Made by a program: the position numbers and the translations under genes. Positions 50,101 to 64,000 of a DNA stretch of 64,000 nt are shown here, piece after piece; positions within the stretch are counted from its first letter, which is position 1; the number at the start of each line of letters is the position of its first letter. The notes beneath the pieces were generated by a model. The model was not told the origin of the DNA. It made no database searches and saw only the letters and a program-made list of their open reading frames with translations. Origin of the DNA: Antedon mediterranea (lineage: Eukaryota > Animalia > Echinodermata); the NCBI RefSeq assembly GCF_964355755.1, contig NC_092671.1, positions 39,132,304 through 39,196,303 of the forward strand. Reading direction: 5' to 3'.

Positions 50101-53100
50101 ACTATTTGTAACCTAAACCTCTATCAAACTTTATGACAAAAAAAAATGTGATGTGCCCATATATGGACATGATGATGTCATAAGCACTATCATATTTGGG
50201 TATATTACTACCATATTTGGGCACATTACACCTTTTTTTTGTCAAACTAGAATATAAATCAAACTAGTTTGATAGTGTAGACAGAGCTTTAGTTTCAACA
50301 ACGCTTTTGAGTATTTAACTGACCATCGCTGTATATTGGAATACCGCTGGCTTCATCACCAATTTGGATCTTGAGAACACCCTCTTGAATGAGAACTTGG
50401 AATGCTTCTCCTGTAAACAACTCATTGTACATCAGCACTCCTCTTGTTTCATATGTCCTGAACTTAAAACTCACACTGAAAAAGAACAATAAATACCAAA
50501 AGATGGAATGTACCATTATCTGATAGGGGTGTTTCATAAATGTTATATATTCAAGTTGTAGCTCTCTTCTCGGAGAACAGGCCAATTTCGGTTTAGCCAG
50601 GTAAGCTAGGCACAAAATGATGCCAATGAACTATTTTTTGATAATACAAACTCCTTGGTATTATCATTATGTTTTTGATAAATAATATAAACAGGAAAAT
50701 GTATATTAAGAATTTCAATTATCAAAATCCTGTAATATACTTACGTGAGGCCGTCATCGTTGTCCAGAACCAGTCTTGACTCATGAGTTGGGAACGACGC
50801 TGGTACCATGACCTCGCTGGTACATGAGAAGGTCTGTCCGTTATGCACTTTAAGACGTGGGTTACCTGGCTCCATTTCAACTGTGCTAATCACATCAAAT
50901 TCGCTATTGAAATTCATATTTTGTAAACAGCCCTTAAAGTTCAGGTCGGGCATGCCATCCTCTCGGTAGATCCCAGGTCTGTAAAAGTCTGGTGTACCGC
51001 CGAATGTTATCTAAATTTAGATTTTTGAGTTTTATTTTAATTTATTTTACAAATTGCTAGCAATACATTTCATATTCAGCAGTAGATTATATTTATATGT
51101 TATCTAAATTAGGATTGAGTTTTATTTTCAATTTATTTTACAAATTGCTGGCAATATTATTAACTTCCCAAACACTGTAAATCCATATTGTTATATTATA
51201 TAGGAACAGATTCTGTTAGTTCATGTATGAAAAAACATTGCCTGTCCGACACGAAGGTCAACAGGGTCCTTTAATAATGGTTATACCATTGCTTACGGTC
51301 TTCAGCTATATCTCTTGACTAGATACAGTTGCTAGCAATACATTTTACTTTTTCAGTGCTAGTTTATCTATGTCTGTTTAGTTGTTTTAATTTGTTATTT
51401 ATAAAACTTGCATAAAAAAAAACTCAAACCTCTCTATCTAGGTCAATCCGTGAGAAAATTCCATTACTATGACCATGGATGTGAATGGAGTCGAGATCAA
51501 CCTGAATGGCCCGTCTTTTGCGGTAATACTTTACGCGATGCCATTGATTATCATCAAGTAGTCCACCTATTAATAAAGTGGTATCACCCGCTTCGTCAGT
51601 CGTACTTCCTAAAAGATGAAAATGTTACAGGAATGACTTTGTTTACAATTTTAAGCATGATGAACGTAATGGTGTTGTTTCTAAAGCTCTGTCTACACTA
51701 TCGAACCAGTTTGACAAAAAAAAATGTGATGTGCCCATATAAGATAAGATAAGATAACTTTTATTGATCCTCAACAAGGAAATTCATTGCTCGTCATAAT
51801 AACCAAGAAAACACAATAAAAACAAATATAGCATAAAACCATTCATATAAAAACATCTAAAAAATTACAAGATAAAATTATCTTCTTGACTTCCTGTTGT
51901 ACTGGATGATACCGGAGGGAATAAAGGATTTAGCAAATCGATTTGTTTTCACACTGAGGAGCCTCAATCTACCACTTGGATTAAGTTGGTCTATGATCAC
52001 TTTGTGGAGAGGATGAGAGGCATCCGACTCAATGCGTTCGAAATCTTTCTGGAGGTGTTCTAGGTGCACATCGGTAAAGGAAGGCAGTTCCAGACCAATC
52101 ATTTTATTTTATGGACATGATGATGTCATATCACTACCATATTTAGGAATATTACTACCATATTTGGGCACATCACACTTTTTTTTGTCAAACTGGTTCG
52201 ATATTGTAGACAGAGCTTTATATGAAGTTCAGGTTACAAAAGCAATAATTATTATTAGAACTAAAGAAAATGATAATTATCTGATAGCTTATTGGAATTA
52301 ATGTTTATTTCTCTTGACAATAAACTAACTGCAACGACCTGCTTCAGTTATATCTACATATATTTTGTGAAGGATAAAGTTAAATTTTAATAGAATATCA
52401 GCGCAAAATAATTCATAAATTCAGTCGTTTTCTCCTGACAATAGTTGATTTATACATAAATATTGTGAAATACAATTTACATGCATTTCTCTTGTCTTAT
52501 TTATAGACATCATATAATGAAACTAACGAGCCTGAAATAATGAGCTGCTGATATTGTGTGATGTTTGTAAGATGACATAATGACGCAATTCAAATGAATG
52601 TGGTATGTACCTATGTGAAGCATTTTATATAGTAAAACATGTAAGCATGACAGGTATGAAATACCAAAGATGACTAGATACAGTGTTACATTTGTTAGTG
52701 TATATATGATGTTAAGATGACTAGATACAGTGTTACATTTGTTAGTGTATATATATGATGTTAAGATGACTAGATACAGTGTTACATTTGTTGGTATATA
52801 TATGATGTTAAGATGACTAGATACAGTGTTACATTTGTTGGTATTATGATGTTAAGATGACTAGATACAGTGTTACATTTGTTAGTGTATATATATGATG
52901 TTAAGATGACTAGATACAGTGTTACATTTGTTAGTGTATATATATGATGTTAAGATGACTAGATACAGTGTTACATTTGTTGGTATATATATGATGTTAA
53001 GATGACTAGATACAGTGTTACATTTGTTGGTGTATATATATGATGTTAAGATGACTAGATACAGTGTTACATTTGTTGGTATTATGATGTTAAGATGACT

Positions 53101-56100
53101 AGATACAGTGTTACATTTGTTAGTGTATATATATGATGTTAAGATGACTAGATACAGTGTTACATTTGTTGGTATATATATATGATGTTGAAAATGTGTT
53201 TTGTTGTGTTTGTTGCTTTCTTGTAGATGCTTTAATTGATTTGTGAAATGAACTTTTTAATTTTTTTTAATTTTTGTGCTCTGTTTTAGGTTAACCCACT
53301 AGCATAGGTGTTTAGCACCACATTCACATTTATAAATATTTAAAGATTTATTGACAAAATTATATGTATTAATTGTTGAAATTAATAAACAACAACCATT
53401 TAAACAGGAATGGGGAGGTCGGCAAAAATAGGAATTGGAAACTGGGTGGTTACCATAAACTGGAATATGGGGTCGGTCTAAACAGAAATAGAGAGAGGTT
53501 GGCTAAATATACATGAATATCTTATAAAATGTTCAATTTATTATTGAGCCAGCAAGCATGATCTATTTATTATTATTATTTAAATAACTAAACAGCATTT
53601 GTGATAGAAAATGTTAAAAATTGGCTGAGCACTATGGGATAAATAAAACCTACCTAGGTTGAGATTAACCATGAGTTGTCCTCTGACAAGCTGGAAGACG
53701 AGGTAGTCGCTCTGGGTGCCATACCCAGCCATGATCACACCGTTCGCTTCAGTGGTTCGGAAGCGAAACGTAACATGCCATTCGGTCTTGTCTATACGAT
53801 ATCTTCCTTTCTCCACGTTGTACGATATATAATTTGATCCATCGAATGATGCAACACTTGGATCTATAAATATTAAATTAGGTGGTGGGATTACAATATA
53901 CTATAGCTTGGGATTATACAGTAACTCTATGAAATTAAACCAATCTTCAATATAAACATATTCTCCAATCTCATTTAAAGATATATTGTCCCACTAAAAA
54001 AAAAAAGCTTTTGTCAAATTTGTTGGTGAATATGCCATTTTAATGTCATGTAATAGTTATTCACTTTGACCAAAAAACTGGATCGAAAAAAAAAATTATT
54101 TAACTGAAAAAATGTAATTTAAAGCAACAAATACTTAAATTGGCTGTGTTTTAGGTTAGGTTAGGTTTCGTTTGTCTTTTTATAAGTTTTTTTTCAGAAT
54201 TGAATAACTTTATTAAACTGCAAAATAGCCTAATTAAAGTCTGATTTTATTAATCTTTATTTTTCATGTTTTTGGGGGATAATACATCTTTAAAAAATGA
54301 ATGATGTATTGAAAAATTCAACACAAAAGAGGAAGAACTGAAAAAAATATAAAATGTCTTGCTTTATATTTGATACTGATATTTATTAAATCTGCTAAAA
54401 AAAGACACTATTCCCTACACAATGCATTCTTAATAGACAGTTACAGATCATATTACTTTCTCTAAAAATAGCTACCAGCAGTGAAATTGTTTATGTCATT
54501 AAACAAAAAATTTTTAAATAATGTGAATAAAAATGTTTAAATATGTTACTTTACCAGCTAAACATCCATAAAATTCAACACATTACTCTCACTACAAATA
54601 GCTAACACAGTGAAATTGTTTATGTCATAAAAACAAACAAAAAATATTAAAAATTAAATAAAAATTGTAAAAAGTGTTACTATACCAGCTAAACATCCAT
54701 AAAATTCAACACGCATTGAGAAACGGTTCTTCTTTAATATTGGATTAAGTCGTACATATCGAGCAAAAATGTCTGGATTTAATTTGTTCCTGTTCACGCT
54801 GTCACTATCAGAATTACCATGAAATTTCTATAAAGATAAACAAGTTTATCATTATTTGAAAGTTCAAGAAATGAGAGGAGAAAAAAAAGGGATTGACAAT
54901 GCTGACAAGAATGGTAATAAAAATGGTGATGAAAATTCCAATGATGCTGTTTAATTAATAAGCTTTCACAAAAATGTCAAATACTTTTTCATTACAAGCT
55001 TCATATACCAAGAGAACGCTTAGTCTGTCAAAATAGTTATAAAAAAGTGAGTGAGTGGCCAAGCAGTTAAGACAGTGGAACCGTAATCCAGCCACAACAT
55101 CAGCAAGGGTTCGAGGCTCACTTGCTCTGGCGGTAGAACAAGTTTTCTCGGATAAGGACTATAAACCGTAGGTCCAGTGTACACACATTGTTCCTGTTCA
55201 CTTTAAAAAACCTAGTACATCTTTTCTTTTTTCAAGACGTGTCTGTAGGGGTTACCCCCGAACTAGTTCACACACAGCCACTGTGTCGTGGATAGATGAG
55301 ACAGCGCCTTAAAATGGCTGCACTGACATGACGTGACCTTAGGGGAAAAGCATGTAGTTAAAAAGTATAACGTCAGAGTCCACATCGCCATGAGCAATGA
55401 TCCATTCATTGGAATTTGGTGCTTTACAAGAACTCATATTACTTATATTCATTTTTCATAATTTTGTTTTAGCTGTCATAAGGGGAGAGTTTGATAGAGT
55501 AGAGAGAGCTTAATACTCATCCTGGATCTGCCTCTGTAGAGTAAATTAATAGTAGTACAGTACTGCAAGTGCTTTCTTACGTGTACGCCTTAGATATGTA
55601 TTATGTATATTACATACTACAGTATACTGTATCTTGTTATTAATAGCACAATATAATGGATTTTCAATAAACGTTCAAGGTTGAAAACATCAACCGATAT
55701 TTAAATTGCTAAGACAATTTGCGAAAGATAATTGACTTCACGAAAAGCTGACAGTTAATTTTGCCGAGAATGAATGCAATCCTCTAAGTCTGTAATGACA
55801 TTTGGTTTACTGAATGGACCATTTACCTCCAAGGCATCAGAAACTAGGCCTAAGCTATTCAACTGTTACTTGTAGTTGTAGTTTCAAAGGGTAATACTTT
55901 ATTGGCACTTTCACTTTCCAATGATTTGTTAATGTATAAAGCTCTGTCCACACTACTATCACATTAGTCCAAGACAAAAAAGGTGTGATGTGCCCAAATA
56001 TGGTAGTGATATGCTTAAATATGGTAGTGATATGACATCAGCATGTCCATATATGGGCACATCACATTTTTTTACATAAAGTTTGATAGTGTAGACAAAG

Positions 56101-59100
56101 CTGTAGGATCAGTTTCTATTAGTATTACCATAAACTTTTTACCTAGAAACATTATGTATACTGTTCAAGATATTACATAATGTGACATGTGATCGTGGTA
56201 ATCTGTATATTGGCGCAGTTTTAACTTTGAATATCATCAACATCATCATCATCTTAATTGCTAGTCACGTTTGTTCGCTACTCTGTACATTTTTGAGCAA
56301 GCAAACCGCATTGTTTATGTAAATTCATTACAAATTTTAGTCTGAAGAGTATTATAAAATCATGTCAGAGAGACACACACTAGATATTTTATCTGTTTTA
56401 TCAAATAATAGCTTTACAGTTATTACATTGTATTTATGGCAGGTCCAAGCTATTGTATCATTTGTGATAACAAATTCATCTTAGTCCAATTAAAGGCAAA
56501 GCTGAAAAGTTATATTTTATTTACCTAATTTTATTTTGCGAGTATTGAAATGATTGATTTATACACAGTACAACAAATACAAAAACCAAAAATCACACTA
56601 AAATAGGATTTTCTGCCATTTAGTGAAGAGATTTGATCGTACCAGGTACAGTAGTTCATAGTACTGTACACCTAACAAGATCATTTTTACTATTCACAAC
56701 TATTAATCTAAAACACAGACATACTAAACAATGCTTAATCACTTTAATAATTCTCAAAATAGTCAATAATATTGATTATTATATTTGAAAACATTTAAGT
56801 GATAAATGAGTGAATGTCAAAGTGCTATCCTTGAGACGTTGCATTTGAATTAGTGATTGTGAAATTGTATTTCTGTTGTTGAAATCTATGAATAAATTAT
56901 GTAATATTTGAATAATTAGGAACTAGGGTGCTGTGTGTAACAAAACAGTTGGTACGGAATATAGTGTGCACCTAAAAAGGTGCTTGTGTTTAAAGTACCT
57001 AAAGTGCTATTTATTTTACTACAGTTTAATATAAAATGTTTTTTATTATAATGGGGAGAAAGGGTGGGGGGAGGGGGGGGGGGGTATGTTGAGATAGAGA
57101 TCAGCTATAGAAAATTGTCTTTTTAAATTTAGGATTTAGTGTGTACTGTACGTCATTATTTCATAAAATGGATGGATGTAGACTTATTTCTAAAAACTTT
57201 AGTTACAAAAAAAAATTGATACAGTTGACTCTCCCAATACTGCGCTCTTTGAAAACCGGAAACTCTCCAATATCTGACTTTTTTAAATTACCAAAAACTC
57301 CCAAATTCATTTTTACTATAGAAACACATTCCGTAATACCAGAATTTCTGGAAAACTAGATATATTTGGTCAGCTCAAAGGAGTCCGGTATTGGGAGAGT
57401 TGACTGTATTTAACAATTGAACAAATGACAGATACAATCAATGAAAAGCTGAATGACAGATAGGGTTGTTACTACAAAAAAGCACATTGTGTACAAGTTC
57501 ACACTGACAAACAAAAAGGTTAACAAATAAAATTACCCGTTCAACTCCATTTTGTATATATGTTTTAAACGATGACTCATCAGTTCTGTTGCTGTACAGT
57601 ATTTTGTACTCTGTCACCCACTCCTCACTGTCATACCGTCCTTGCGTAGCTACTTCTGTGATCCGACTGACTTCTCCAAGATCCACCATCAAGTACTGGT
57701 TGCTGTCATCACTGCCAGCAGTCCAGCCTCCCTCTCCTGATGAATAAATAAATAAAAATTATATTTTGAGATTGAGTGAAAGCTTGAGCCTATTATATAT
57801 ACAGGGTACATGCATTTCTGTTAAGCTCTGTCTACACTATCAAACTAGTCTGACAAAAAAAGTGTGAAATCATGACAAAATATTGTAGTGATCATGCCCA
57901 AACATGGTAGTGATGACATCATCATATATGGGCACATCACATTTTGTTGTCACATAAAATTTGATAGTGTAGACAGAGCTTTAAAGCATATTGCATATTA
58001 CAGTTTTCGATGTTATGGATAGCTCTTTGAAAAAGAAAAGGATACAGCCTCTATTGTTTAACATTTATTATTTCTTAATAGACAAATTTAATTTTAGAGC
58101 CATGTGCAAAAATCTATTGAACAACTCCGTCATATAATTATTTTCTAACTAGAGTGGGAAAAATCTTAAAGGGACTAACAACGGCGGCACAGTGACTCAT
58201 GGCAAAATAATGAATGAAATCATAATACAATAATGGAAGGTTAATCAATAACTTGGATTATTGACAAAATGAATGCATATTAATTGAGTTTGAATCCCAA
58301 ATGAATAATTACATTAATTTCATTTATTAAATTTATGTTCTGTATTAACAAATAGCACTATTTAATCTAACTGATATAAATCAATTACCATAATTTGTTA
58401 CTAATAGTTAGATAATTGCAACTATATATTAAAGCATACACATTTTTGAAAATAAATACAATTTGTAAGTCTCAAACTGTTTAACTGACTTTGATGATAA
58501 TTTTTAGATGATACTTATAGTTATACTACTTATATACTGATACTAATTAAAGATTGGGTCCCACTTGGACGCAATGCAAGGACGTAGGCCAAGCTTAAGT
58601 AATTTGACCAATCATGAAAAAATAGATCATTCGAGGTCTCGCCTGTAATTGGTCAACTTGCGCCTATCTTGTGTGTCTAAGACCGTGTTCGTACGGCGAT
58701 TGAAATACACGTTTATTTGGTTTTTACCCTTAGGGTAAAACCCATACGACGTTCGTACGAATAAACAAAGTACCGGTAAGCTGACACGAAACCAATTAAG
58801 ATCGGAATTCTTAGGTCAAAAAGCGCCCTCTGTGCGTCGACCCATATCAATTGACATGGCGTGTTGACAAATTCAACTGGATATTGCATGTCGTTTCGCG
58901 CGCGAATCGTTCGATTATTATTTTTCAATCGACAACCAGACCTATATATTTATAATACATCGAATACAATTTACTTTTTAAATAAATAATGATCGAAAAT
59001 CCTGCTAACGTATGTTGTTTGTTGACCACGTGTATTTATCGTGCGAGCCGAACTATTGTTGTGGAAATTCCATTTAATGTACACGCACTGTACCCCTCTT

Positions 59101-60322
59101 GTAAAAATCACCACGTGTATTTATCGTTCGAGCCGAACTATTGTTGTGGAAATTCCATTTAATGTACACGCACTGTACCCCTCTTGTAAAAATCACCACG
59201 TGTATTTATCGTGCGAGCCGAACTATTGTTGTGAAAATTCCATTTAATGTACACGCACTGTACCCCTCTTGTAAAAATTACCACATGTATTCATCGTGCG
59301 AGCCGAACTATTGTTGTAAAAATTCCATTTAACACGCACTGTACCCCTCTTATCGTGCGAGCCGAACGGTTGATGTGGTAATTCACAGACACCAGGCTAC
59401 CACAATACAGAACTCCCTGCCGTTACATGTACATTATAAGCCACCGATTCGCAAGTTCAGGTCACCGGAAAAAAAACCAACGAGTTGATTATTTATATAT
59501 AATTTTACAAAACAATAGATATACATTCGCATTAACGAAAAAGAACATTTTAAACAATAATTGTTAAACAATCAGAAAGCTTATTTGAGGTCGCGATTTG
59601 ACATGACCCCGTTAACGCTTGATTAATTATACCCCGAGGCAGCGTGTAATTGGAATGGGATTGAAATAACCAGTAAAGTTGGTGGATTTTTCGTCCAGAT
59701 GGTTTTCTAATTTTTTATAGCCAGAGGCGTAAGTTAATTGCCACACGCGACCTCACAGTTGGAAGTACACGGTAGTTTCAGTCCCGTCCGAACGGGCCCT
59801 AAGTGTGAACTAAGAATAAGTACAGTACTGTACCAAGTACAATCATCTGATCATAGAATTGGTATCTTCATAAAAGATTATATAAAGCTCTGTCTACAAT
59901 ATAAAACTAGTTTGACAAAAAAAGTGTGATGTGCCCAAATATGGTAGTGGTATGTTTAAATATGGCAGTGATATGACATCATCATGTCCATGGGTACAGT
60001 AAATCACATTTTTTTGTCACGTACAGTAAAATTTGATAGCGTAGACAGTGCTTTAGTCACTAGATGTATCCACTCTTTATATCATAAGAGTTTTTTTTTA
60101 ATGAAATTTACATTTGAATGAAAAGAGCAATATAAAACTGACTATAAGAAATTTTATGTATAATCAATTTTTACTATGTCAGTAGTTAGAAAGTACATTT
60201 ACCGTCTTTCCAGTGAAGTCGTGCATACTCTGGCCCTCGTAACGATGACAATGATGATGATGCGGTGATCATGTCACGATATATAACACCAGTTTGCATG
60301 CCAAGTGGAGCATTGCAAGTTG
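41180..60322 (-). CDS. CNTNAP: Contactin-associated protein / neurexin IV family member (discoidin, laminin G, EGF, fibrinogen-like, TM, 4.1m, PDZ-binding); 5' end not found in window
   Basis: Discoidin exons 60203-60322 (CNAPLGM...ITASS...ARL), 57537-57736 (GGWTAG...VATQGRY...[10 protein letters not shown]) and 54686-54827 (RYVRLNP...MRVEFYGC). LamG, EGF and fibrinogen-like exons at ~53655-53862, ~51430-51607, ~50745-51010, ~50324-50475, ~49454-49590, ~49100-49235, ~48686-48789, ~48422-48541, ~47491-47693, ~46968-47048, ~46558-46758, ~45660-46058, ~44482-44715, ~43988-44171, ~43359-43484, ~42779-42866, ~42273-42542. Last exon 41180-41367 encodes a TM helix, [14 protein letters not shown] (protein 4.1-binding) and the C-terminal KEWYL (PDZ ligand). 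Confidence 0.94.
41896..42253. repeat. 23-bp minisatellite (~15 copies) in the last CNTNAP intron
   Basis: Unit gggactatacttgaatcaagcat. Confidence 0.95.
44777..45290 (+). mobile_element. DINE-1/HINE-like element containing a tRNA-like segment
   Basis: 5' ttacctccgccaaggaggtt, internal repeated ccacagttt...atccgattct.accaaa blocks, and a 3' sub-TIR aggcggaggt. Confidence 0.6.
45128..45198 (-). pseudogene. tRNA-Glu(CTC)-like pseudogene or SINE head
   Basis: tgacagtgTGGTGTAATGGTTatgtgtccagcCTCTCACagttgagatcgctGGTTCAAGTCCcactgag, followed by a poly(T) run on the minus strand. The acceptor stem is poor. Confidence 0.5.
47829..48270. repeat. ~220-bp tandem duplication in a CNTNAP intron
   Basis: Two near-identical copies of aaaaactcattgcctcttatctttactaaagg...gcccaccagacaaacatct. 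Confidence 0.9.
51740..52105 (-). mobile_element. 5'-truncated Rex1/Babar-like LINE inserted into a family B MITE
   Basis: Peptide [10 protein letters not shown]...[28 protein letters not shown], then aataaa and a (TTATC)n tail. The MITE halves at 51685-51740 and ~52110-52217 rejoin as gtgcccatat|atggacatg. Confidence 0.8.
52668..53190. repeat. ~42-51-bp minisatellite (~11 copies)
   Basis: Unit gatgactagatacagtgttacatttgtt(a)g(t)gta(ta)ntgatgttaa. Confidence 0.93.
58681..59799. mobile_element. 1.1-kb non-autonomous PIF/Harbinger-like element with an internal 85-bp tandem repeat (59025-~59370)
   Basis: TAA at 58678-58680 and 59800-59802. Imperfect TIRs gaccgtgttcgtacggcgattgaaa versus (reverse complement) gggcccgttcggacgggactgaaa. 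Confidence 0.72.
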
Positions 60323-63300
60323 CTAAAAGAAAATATTGAAATATTTTAAAAAATTAACCTACTTACTGTATACTCTTAGACTATACTTTTCTGTACAATA
60401 TACTAAAGCTCTGTCTACACTTATCAACATTTATGTAACAAAAATGTGATGTGCCAATATGTTCATGATGTCATAGTTTAGACAGAGCTTTAGACAGATT
60501 GATATACTACTGCATAAATTATTTATTTTCAAAATACTCTATCAATTTTCATTCATATCCAACAGCAGGGAACCTGCCAGTTACAGAATAGAACAAGATA
60601 TTAAATTTGGCGTACATACACAATTATTATTTTTTTGAATTTAAATACATTCTGGTGAATATTATGCAAAGTACTATTTAATGAAACACTACTTTGAAAT
60701 GGATGTACTGTACATAACCCCTTCTTCAGTCAGGTACCTATATCAGGGCAGTAGCCACCAGTACGGTTGATAAGGTTTCAACCTGACCAGTTTTTTACAG
60801 AGGGGTCTTTCTTTGACAACCCATTCGTGGCTTGAACAGTGATTGTTCCATTTTCTTGTGAAAACCACATCACTATAATTCAAAGGTAGAACAGAGCCCT
60901 TACTGATTGGTCTACTCTCTTGTGTATTAGTTGATGTCTACTTTCAGTGAGTCTGGTTTTAAGAATAAAACGATGCCTTTGTTAAATTTTATGACAATTT
61001 ATAGATGTGTGGGTCTCTATAGTAAATCATTTGAAATTGTAGAAATGGATTAATAGGAATAATGTTTTTTTAAACTAACTAACAAAAAATGCCAGTTAAT
61101 TGTATGAAAATGTATAAGTCTACAAGTAGTACTGTACTGTCTGTCTTAGCTATTCCTTTCTGAATTTGAAAAAAACAAACACATGGTATTTAAATGTACT
61201 GGACTGTAAAAATGTTGACAGTATGTTACTTTAAATCTTAAATGTATCAAAACAACATTTATTTGTTATTTGAAAGAAGCTTGAATTAATTAATTTTGCA
61301 TGGTGTGAGCATGGAGCTACTGTATAGCCCATGGTGTAAGAGTAATATACAGTACTGTACACTGCACCAGACAGACATGGCAAATAGAGTTAGTAACGGA
61401 TGGATGCTTTCTTCACATTGCAGCCATTTTGCTATCTTTCCATTTAAATTATTGAAAATCAATTTCATATCTGTGTTTCATTTCATGATTAAAGCAGCAT
61501 TTATTGAAATACATAGATGTTTTCATACAGAACAAAATAACTTTTTATCAACAATAAAACAGTCGTTAGAGTACACTGTATATTTTTTATTTCATTCATT
61601 TTTGTCTCCATAAAAATACAAGTAAACGTAGATAACAACAAGAAAACATCACACAAAACCAGGCAGAGAAAAAAAGCGAACCTAATCACTATCTAGTAGG
61701 TCTCCTATTGCATTGATTGTATAAAAAAACATTTAGAATAACATTTGTAAAAACATTAAAAAGGCATAAAGTAAATAATATATCAAAATAAATTAAAATA
61801 TATTTGTACTGTACTGTAGGTGTACTGTACACCAACCAAGATACAGTCACCTGTATAATAATAATATTATATTCTGTCATACTGTACAGAAGCATTAAAA
61901 GATGTACAGTATTGTCCCTCCTGAAAAAATAGTTCTTTAAAACATTTTTGTTGACCATTTCATTTTAATGTAACATAATAGTTATCCACTTTGACCAAAA
62001 ATTGGATCGAAAAAAAATGTATTTACTTGAAAAAAAATGTAATTTAAAGCAAAAAAATGGTAAAATTGGCTGCCAGCCAATGGATTTTTGGTTGAATTTT
62101 AACATTTATTTTGTCATTTTATAAGTGAAAACATATTTTTTTTTTTCGTTTTTTTTTCTATTGAAGTAATTAACTTGATTAAAACTACAAAATAACATAT
62201 TCAAAGTCTAATTTAATTAATCTTCATTTTTCATGTTTTTGAGGGACAATACATCTTTAATATTATACCCTAGTGTTGTTACAGGTAGTAATAACAAATT
62301 TAAAAGATTTGAAATAAGTTTGATAAGATAAATTAAACATGAATCAAACGAAGAAAGCATACAGTTAATGTAATCAAACTGCAAATGTATGATAATGTTA
62401 AAAATGCGTGTGCGTATTAGAATTAAATGCTTGCGTATGATGTGCGTCATGTCAAGCTGTGTACTGTGTACATTGAAGTAAATCACAATAATTTTCAAAA
62501 TGTTCAAATAATCGGAATATTCTTAAAATACTAAAAAAACTTAAAGAATATTATGGTAATATTATGCGTTACCTATCTTAGATTAATATGAGATCAGTAC
62601 TGGAGTACAGTAATTTGTTTTTGATGTTAATCTGACATTTCAAATGAGAAATATTTGATGGAAATGGACTATTAACTAGAAATGTAATTCACTGAAAGTA
62701 CATCCTTTCACTCCGAGTTTGATTATCATCAATCATTGGAAAAAAGACAGTTTAAATTTGTAATAATAAGGTTTTACTTTTATCAGCTAAAATTAAGACT
62801 TACTAGAATATTATTTTTTTTGGGATCCTGCATGTGAAAAGACACTTGTTTTCTTCTAGCTCTGTCTACACTATCAAACTGTATGTGACATAAAATGTGC
62901 ACATATACTTGATCTTGATTGAATAATTGATAAACTCCAACTGGAATATCACTCAATGTGTGAGTAGAGGTTGAGGAGGGGAGAGCTAATCATAGATTAG
63001 TTTGGAGAACGTTTTAGTGATAGACATGATCATATCACACATATTTGCCCATATGATATCACTACCATATTTGGGAACATCACACATTTTGTCAAACTAG
63101 TTTGATTAGTGTAGACAGAGATTAATACAGGATCTCCAAAAATAGTTTTTAAAAAAATGTCTTAATTATATTTTATGTATTTTTATTTTGCCATTGAAAT
63201 TAATAAATGTTCTTGAATATAATAATTAATATATGAACTAAATTTATAATGCTATAGATGATTCCTTATATTAAAAACAACATTCTAAAAAATTGGGTTA

Positions 63301-64000
63301 AAATAAAAAAGTGCTCCTTTCATTATTCAAGCAAAATTCATAAGAATTTCTCAGGGATATTATTAAGATATGAAATTGAATGAAAATTGATGTCTTATGC
63401 CGATTACTGATTGTTTAACCCAGGAAAATTAACCAACTTTTTTTTCTTCTGCAAATAAAAAAAGTTGATTAATTATAAACCAACGCCCACTGTTACTCTA
63501 TTGGTCCCATGTGTTAAGAACAAACTTAATGATTAGTAAGTAGCAAGCTCAAATGAAATGAATACTAATAGCTGTTATTGCTATATTTAGATTAATTGGA
63601 AACAGATATCTCCCACACAAGTTTAACCTGGCTGGTTTCAGCACAGTAAGCACAACTCACATTGATTATCTGGGAATCAAGCGCCTTTTTAGCGCTTTGT
63701 TACAGATCAATAATTATAAAACAAATATTATAATCCAGAATAATCATTTTAATTTGCTATAATAATTTACAAATCAATAACTGTACTCTGGTGCTGCATA
63801 GTCTAATGTGCTCTTTTATGGATTTCTTTCAATTAAATTAAATATGTATTTACAGTACCACTAAAAGTAAAATTTAAATAACATTAATAGGAAAGAGAGG
63901 ATCACTAATGTTGCAGTCTATTAATTTAGGTTTTTTATAAAAAAATAAATCTTTTTTATTTATATTTATAATATAACATTTTATTATTAATAAATAATAT

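Noticed and set aside
61501-61689. Hydrophobic ORF resembling a CNTNAP signal-peptide exon
   Set aside because: It starts at GTG with an in-frame stop two codons upstream and has no suitable donor. The real first exon is probably beyond the window.

Overview
This is AT-rich, intron-rich animal genomic DNA. An invertebrate deuterostome such as an echinoderm is plausible, but that is an inference from protein resemblance only. Five protein-coding genes lie on the minus strand: two tandem secreted QPD-type C-type lectins (916-1437, 4924-5400), SMARCE1/BAF57 (7858-15248, 9 coding exons), FYCO1 (17585-32934; RUN, coiled coil, FYVE, LIR, GOLD), and a Caspr/neurexin IV (CNTNAP) gene whose signal-peptide exon was not found in the window (41180->60322). 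Introns and spacers are full of non-autonomous DNA transposons, SINEs, 5'-truncated LINE and Penelope ends, and tandem repeats, including a 3.7-kb 24-bp minisatellite. I found no unmistakably new multi-gene system. The best leads are: (1) the CNTNAP-FYCO1-SMARCE1 block, whose human homologues each neighbour chemokine-receptor genes; (2) a U3-A8 variant hammerhead ribozyme in a Penelope 3' end; (3) a GC-rich hairpin/pseudoknot island in SMARCE1 intron 1; (4) a minisatellite made of Otx-type and TALE-type sites; (5) a MITE terminus amplified into a satellite; and (6) a (TTAGGG)3 insertion with a 12-bp target duplication. All calls were made by eye without database searches, and coordinates marked ~ are approximate.
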